NCBI GenBank assembly: GCA_041485285.1
Contig: JBGPJF010000004.1
Span: 24,468 to 88,467 of the forward strand
Length of the DNA stretch: 64,000 nt
Direction of reading: 5' to 3'
DNA from: Thermoplasmata archaeon
GTDB lineage: Archaea; Thermoplasmatota; DTKX01; DATEUP01
Shown here: positions 59,738 to 64,000 of the stretch, in pieces
How positions within the stretch are numbered: the stretch's first letter is position 1
How the letters are laid out: each line of letters begins with the position of its first letter
The notes under the pieces: generated by a model
The model's database searches: none
What the model saw: only the letters and a program-made list of their open reading frames with translations
Told to the model about the DNA's origin: nothing
Translations under genes and position numbers: made by a program

Positions 59738-60082
59738 TTACCCCGACTGCACGGCCTCATTCAATTCGTTGCGCAGCCGCTCGTAGAGCCCCTGCAGCTG
59801 CTTCTCCTGCTTCTCGACGCCCTTGACCTTGATCTCGAGTTCCTCTTTGCGCTCGCCGAGCGCGGCCTTGATCCCGGCGACGTCGTCGGTCTTGATGAGC
59901 AGGGCTCCCGCGGCCTTGTACAGGGTCGACCCTTGCGGCAGCCCGTCGATCTCTTCCAGCGCGAACTCGATCTCGTTGACGGCCGACTGGTACTGCTGCC
60001 GCTGCTGGGCCATCATCTGCAGCTGCTGGTAGAGCTGCTGGTACTTCGCAAGCTTCTCCTGGATTTCACGAGGAACGGCCAT
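59738..60082 (-). CDS. pfdB: Prefoldin subunit beta
   Basis: YQQLYQQLQ coiled coil, LYKAAGALLIK hairpin; follows pcc1. Confidence 0.93.
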   Translation of the reverse strand: MAVPREIQEKLAKYQQLYQQLQMMAQQRQQYQSAVNEIEFALEEIDGLPQGSTLYKAAGALLIKTDDVAGIKAALGERKEELEIKVKGVEKQEKQLQGLYERLRNELNEAVQSG

Positions 60083-60154
60083 GAGTATCGCTCCGGTTCT
60101 TGAGCCAGCCTGGGTAAGAGGGCGGCCCACTTGAAACCATCGGGGGGCGCTCGG

Positions 60155-60436
60155 TCAATCCTCGCCGGCGGCCGCGGCCACATCGAGGGCCAGCGCGGCG
60201 GCCCGCAGGTACGAGTTTACGGCAGCGCGCAGGGACGTCACCGTGTCGGCTTCGATGCGGATTTCGACGGCGCCACCCTTTCCACGGCGCACGAAAATGC
60301 GCGCGCCCGGGAGCGCCCCGCCCTGCTCCGGCGACAGCGACTGGTGAAGCGCTCGCAGGTTCGCCTCGCCCGCCTTCCCGCGCGGCGCCGTCGCGGTGAA
60401 CACCGCGACGTGGCGAGCCTCTTTCTTGGCGCCCAT
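60155..60436 (-). CDS. pcc1: KEOPS complex subunit Pcc1
   Basis: SLSPE, IEADTVTSLRAAVNSYLR. Confidence 0.88.
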   Translation of the reverse strand: MGAKKEARHVAVFTATAPRGKAGEANLRALHQSLSPEQGGALPGARIFVRRGKGGAVEIRIEADTVTSLRAAVNSYLRAAALALDVAAAAGED

Positions 60437-60538
60437 GGTCAGCCCCCCTGCTATCCCTTCCTTTACTCTTATCTACTAGCATGCAAGAATATCCAGTCGA
60501 GGCGACGGCCAATTTCCGACCTGAAGGGCAAAGTGAAA

Positions 60539-60754
60539 ATGACGCTGTCGGAACCCGAGGTAACCCTCCCGCACGCGGACCTTTTCTGCCCCGCGTGCCA
60601 AACCGTCCGCCGCCACGATTTCCTCAACCCCGAAGACCCCACGCGCGTCCGCTGCGAGAAGTGCGGGGGCACGCGCGACCTGAACGCCTGGGAGCCCGAG
60701 GAGAGCGAGATCAGCCTTGCCGGCTATTCGCCCAGCGACGACGACGAGAGCTGA
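60539..60754 (+). CDS. Small CPxC...CxxC zinc-finger protein
   Basis: FCPACQ...H...VRCEKCG, acidic tail. Confidence 0.7.
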   Translation: MTLSEPEVTLPHADLFCPACQTVRRHDFLNPEDPTRVRCEKCGGTRDLNAWEPEESEISLAGYSPSDDDES

Positions 60755-60787
60755 CGCTGCCAGCGTGAGCGGGATGGGGGCGGCCCT

Positions 60788-61426
60788 TTGAGCGAAGAAT
60801 CCACCGACGGCTCGTCGCCGCTGGACGCGGTCTTCGAGAAGGCCGTGCGGCCGTACCTCACCACCGACGCCCTGCGGAAAGATTTCGCCGCCGACACGCC
60901 CGTCATCGTCATGGGCAAGGGCGACGACCTGCCGACCGAGACGCGCAAACTCCAAGGCGGCGGAACGCTCACGGTCCCCGTGCTTGCCGCCCTCAAAGAC
61001 TCGAAATTCGCCTCGAAGAGTACCGTCGGGGCGTTCGATTTCTCATCGATGGACGCCGACGCCGTCGCGCTCATGCTCCCCAAGGGCGGCACGGGCACGA
61101 GCGACATCCGCGTGGTTACGAAAGCCGGAAGCGGCGCCCTGCTGGTCGCCGACCTCGACGGGATGCTCGAAGGCGTCGTGGCGCTTGCCGACAACCCCGC
61201 GATGTCCGCGTTCCCCGGCGGCTCGTTCCTCATGGACGCCTTGCGCACCGGCATCAGCCAGGCCAAAGAGGAACTGCGCGGCGCGCTCACGACGCCCGAC
61301 GCCACCGGCAAGAGCCTGCTGGACCAGCTCCACGATGCGGCGCCCGAAGCGCAGCCTTCCCAGGCCAAAGGAAGCCGCTCCGCGAAAGCCCCCAAGGTCG
61401 CGGGCACCGGGGGTAAGCACCGGTAG
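60788..61426 (+). CDS. Hypothetical protein
   Basis: Host-like codon usage, 212 aa, no recognised motif. Confidence 0.65.
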   Translation: MSEESTDGSSPLDAVFEKAVRPYLTTDALRKDFAADTPVIVMGKGDDLPTETRKLQGGGTLTVPVLAALKDSKFASKSTVGAFDFSSMDADAVALMLPKGGTGTSDIRVVTKAGSGALLVADLDGMLEGVVALADNPAMSAFPGGSFLMDALRTGISQAKEELRGALTTPDATGKSLLDQLHDAAPEAQPSQAKGSRSAKAPKVAGTGGKHR

Positions 61427-61466
61427 GGTTTATCCGCCTCCCCGTTGTGCCTGAAAATGGCAGGCA

Positions 61467-64000
61467 ATGGCTGATCGGTCGAAGTCGGTAGAGGTTGCTG
61501 GCATCAGGGTGACCGCCGACACGGTGGTCACGGACATCCAGCGCCTGCACACCCTCGGCCTGTTCAACTACGAGGCATTCCGCGACATCATCCTCCCCCT
61601 GGAGTGCATCAATAACGCCCTCGAGGGCGTCCGCCGGCGCTATTATTCGGGCGCATGGACGGGGGACAAGGCGGTTTACACGGCCGACCAAGCCGCCCTC
61701 GTCTTGGATTTCACCGTGCGCCTGCACGAAGAAGAGATCTTTCCCAATTTCGAAGCCCATTACCAGATACTGAGCCCCGTCCCGATGTTTGCCTATGAAG
61801 GGTTTGGGCGCCTCGTTGCGGCGCTCGAGGTGGCGGCGAGCCAACGCCTATTCGATGGGAACAGCGCGTGGCTCTTCAGGTCGCTCGTCGCGCGGCTCGG
61901 CCCCGCCCCCGCAACGCCCCGCGACTTCGAGAGCCTCGCAGCCTCGCCCAACCAGCTGCGCCCGCTGTTCGAGGATTTCCACGGGAAGAAAGAATGGAAA
62001 AGCGCCAGCATCCGGACGCCTTCGCTCGACGAGGTCCAACGGATCCAGACGTACCCACGCGAGGCCGCCATCCTCCTTTGGATCTGGGCGCCCCGATGGC
62101 GGGCCGTCCTCGACGAGGCCCTGGGCGTCCCGGGCCTATCGGCGCGCGTCCGCGAGGACGGAGCGTACGAGGAACATGCAGTGGAGCCTGAGCGTGCCCT
62201 GTTCGAGGCGGGCCTTTTCCCCTACGCCACATTTGCCTACGTCGCGCGCCGCTCGATGACCTCGCACGGGGTGCTGCAGGAGCTTTCCGAATTTGAAACC
62301 CGGGTGCTGCGGAGCCCCCGTTCATCGCGCGGCAGCGAGGAGGCGCACGTCGAGCCGGACGCGGGCGCAAGGCGCGCGGAGTTTGCGCTTGGCATTCAGG
62401 CCTACGTGAACAAATTCGTGCACGAACTTGCGGGGACCGCCCCTGAGGCGTGCGCGGAGGCTGTACAAGTCATCACGCCGGGGGCGGTGGAGGGCTCCGC
62501 CCTCGTGCTGCTGGCGCTCGAGCGGATCAAGGAGGCCGGCGCAACGAGCCTCGGCGTCGGCCCCCAGGGCGCGGGAAAAACACCGAAGGGGGCGGTCGGC
62601 ATGCTCCTGAAAACGCGGCCCTCGTTCGAAGAGCCTCGGGCGTCGGTTGTGGAATCGCTCAAGAAAACCTCGGCGCAGACGCTCCTCGTCGCGGGGTGTG
62701 TCGCGTACCCGTGGAGGCAATTCTTCGAAGAGGCCCTGGCGATGCCGGGTTTTGCGCTGTTCATAGAGGCGGTGTACGGGCTCGGGAAGCGTGCGCCCGC
62801 GGAGGAGGGCGAAGACCCCGACAACTTCGAGAAGATCTCGGATTGGGGCGTCCTCCTCAAGGTCCCCGACTGCAACGACCCGACATGCGGCGTGGTGGAC
62901 CGCACCGCCGTCGAATCGGCGGCCACAGCGCTGGGGAACGGGGGGGTCCGCAAAGTCATCGAGACCTTCGAGCGGCGCGTGAAGCTCGGGCGCCCCGACG
63001 CCATCTTCCTCGTCCAGGCGGCGCTCGGCCTCAACCGCAAGGAAGTGGAAGCTCGAGTGGCAAAGCGCTCGCAGCTTGGAATCAAAGCCCTCGGCGGCCT
63101 GCCGGGGACGGCCGATGTGGAGGCCCGCCATGGGCAGATTCTGACGTTCGCGCGCGGAGCAGCCAAGGGGGGCAAGATCAAACGCGAGAGCGAAGAGGCG
63201 GCGGCCGCCGTCGCTCTTCAGAACCTCGCGGCGGTGGCCGGCCTCAGCTCGCCGGCCCGCCTCGAATGGCGCTTCGAGATCCGCCCCGCGGCAGTGAAGG
63301 CCCTCGGCGACGGGACCTTCAAGGTCGCCGACACGGAGTGCCGGATCAGCGTGCTCGGGCGGCGCCCAGAACTCATCATCTCGAAGGGCGACAAACGGGT
63401 CGCGCGTCCGCCGCCGATGATCACGAGCGCGAAGTGGTTCCTCGAATTCAAGGCCCAACAGAAAGAGCTCGGGGAAGTCGCGGACCGCTACAAGAGCGCG
63501 TTCGAACTCCTCATGTGCGACGGCTCGATGCTCTCGGAGGCGGAACTGCGCTTCCTCGACGGCGACTTCGCCGCGCGCGAGATTCTTCCGACGCTCGTGC
63601 TGTGGGACGGGAAGCGGAAGCTCCACCTTGGCCCGCCGAAAGACGCGCCGGCCCCGGCGAAGATCGCCCACCCCGCCGCGCTTGCGGTCGCGGGCCTGCT
63701 CAAGCAAGCCCAGACGCTCGTCGAGGAGAGCGGCATTGAACAGGCCTTCGAGCAGGTGGAGCGCAAGTACTTCGTACCTGGCGAGGGCGAGGGCGGCCGC
63801 CTGTCCACGCGCTTCGCGGGGGAGACGGGCGGCTGGATGCAATTACCCGCACGCCTGCGCAAGCGGGGCTGGAAGTGGGTCGATGAAAGTGATTCGTATC
63901 GCAGACTCTGGGGGGGGTACTCGGTCTTCATCGAGCGCCCCGCGCCCGCCTACCCGCAGTACCGCATGCGCGGGCTGTACTTCGAAAGGTCCGACGCGAA
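61467..64000 (+). CDS. DUF4132/DUF5724-like protein (3'-truncated by window; absent from the ORF track)
   Basis: Hand translation is open from MADRSKSV to the window end; KALGGLP, ALQNLAAVAG..PARLEW, KIAHP, EQAFEQVER, STRFAG. Confidence 0.75.
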   Translation, partial: MADRSKSVEVAGIRVTADTVVTDIQRLHTLGLFNYEAFRDIILPLECINNALEGVRRRYYSGAWTGDKAVYTADQAALVLDFTVRLHEEEIFPNFEAHYQILSPVPMFAYEGFGRLVAALEVAASQRLFDGNSAWLFRSLVARLGPAPATPRDFESLAASPNQLRPLFEDFHGKKEWKSASIRTPSLDEVQRIQTYPREAAILLWIWAPRWRAVLDEALGVPGLSARVREDGAYEEHAVEPERALFEAGLFPYATFAYVARRSMTSHGVLQELSEFETRVLRSPRSSRGSEEAHVEPDAGARRAEFALGIQAYVNKFVHELAGTAPEACAEAVQVITPGAVEGSALVLLALERIKEAGATSLGVGPQGAGKTPKGAVGMLLKTRPSFEEPRASVVESLKKTSAQTLLVAGCVAYPWRQFFEEALAMPGFALFIEAVYGLGKRAPAEEGEDPDNFEKISDWGVLLKVPDCNDPTCGVVDRTAVESAATALGNGGVRKVIETFERRVKLGRPDAIFLVQAALGLNRKEVEARVAKRSQLGIKALGGLPGTADVEARHGQILTFARGAAKGGKIKRESEEAAAAVALQNLAAVAGLSSPARLEWRFEIRPAAVKALGDGTFKVADTECRISVLGRRPELIISKGDKRVARPPPMITSAKWFLEFKAQQKELGEVADRYKSAFELLMCDGSMLSEAELRFLDGDFAAREILPTLVLWDGKRKLHLGPPKDAPAPAKIAHPAALAVAGLLKQAQTLVEESGIEQAFEQVERKYFVPGEGEGGRLSTRFAGETGGWMQLPARLRKRGWKWVDESDSYRRLWGGYSVFIERPAPAYPQYRMRGLYFERSDA

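Noticed and set aside
62583..62610. Walker A-like GPQGAGKT in the DUF4132-like ORF (near 62560-62585)
   Set aside because: No preceding hydrophobic strand or Walker B recognised; probably chance.

Overview
High-GC archaeal chromosome segment. The bacterial-type gyrBA next to archaeal PCNA, PriS/PriL, TFS, S6e, aIF2-gamma, prefoldin-beta and Pcc1, plus PGF-CTERM/PKD surface proteins, points to Thermoplasmatota (inference). Most of the window is informational housekeeping genes interleaved with large cell-surface proteins (ASPIC/PKD, two SBBP beta-propellers, a TSP3-type Ca-binding repeat protein, a COG1470-like protein), small orphan membrane genes, a tRNA-Gly(CCC), two toxin-antitoxin loci and one intact IS630. 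Main unexplained structures: (1) the 3' end of tfs occurs three times in direct orientation, each copy more degenerate, with toxin-antitoxin cargo between copies; this looks like a serial cassette-capture site with no integrase nearby. (2) A membrane-spanning double-wHTH regulator whose exported domain resembles the adjacent PGF-CTERM surface protein, plus a split three-gene version of the same architecture. (3) An IS630 that cut the last 12 codons off a CDP-alcohol phosphatidyltransferase gene. Also noted: a CBS-HPF hibernation-factor-like fusion, a methanogenesis marker 11-like gene, a natural GyrA Ser83Leu equivalent, a probable CTG start and a DUF4132-like ORF missing from the ORF track. 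All family calls come from motif recognition by eye; no searches were run.
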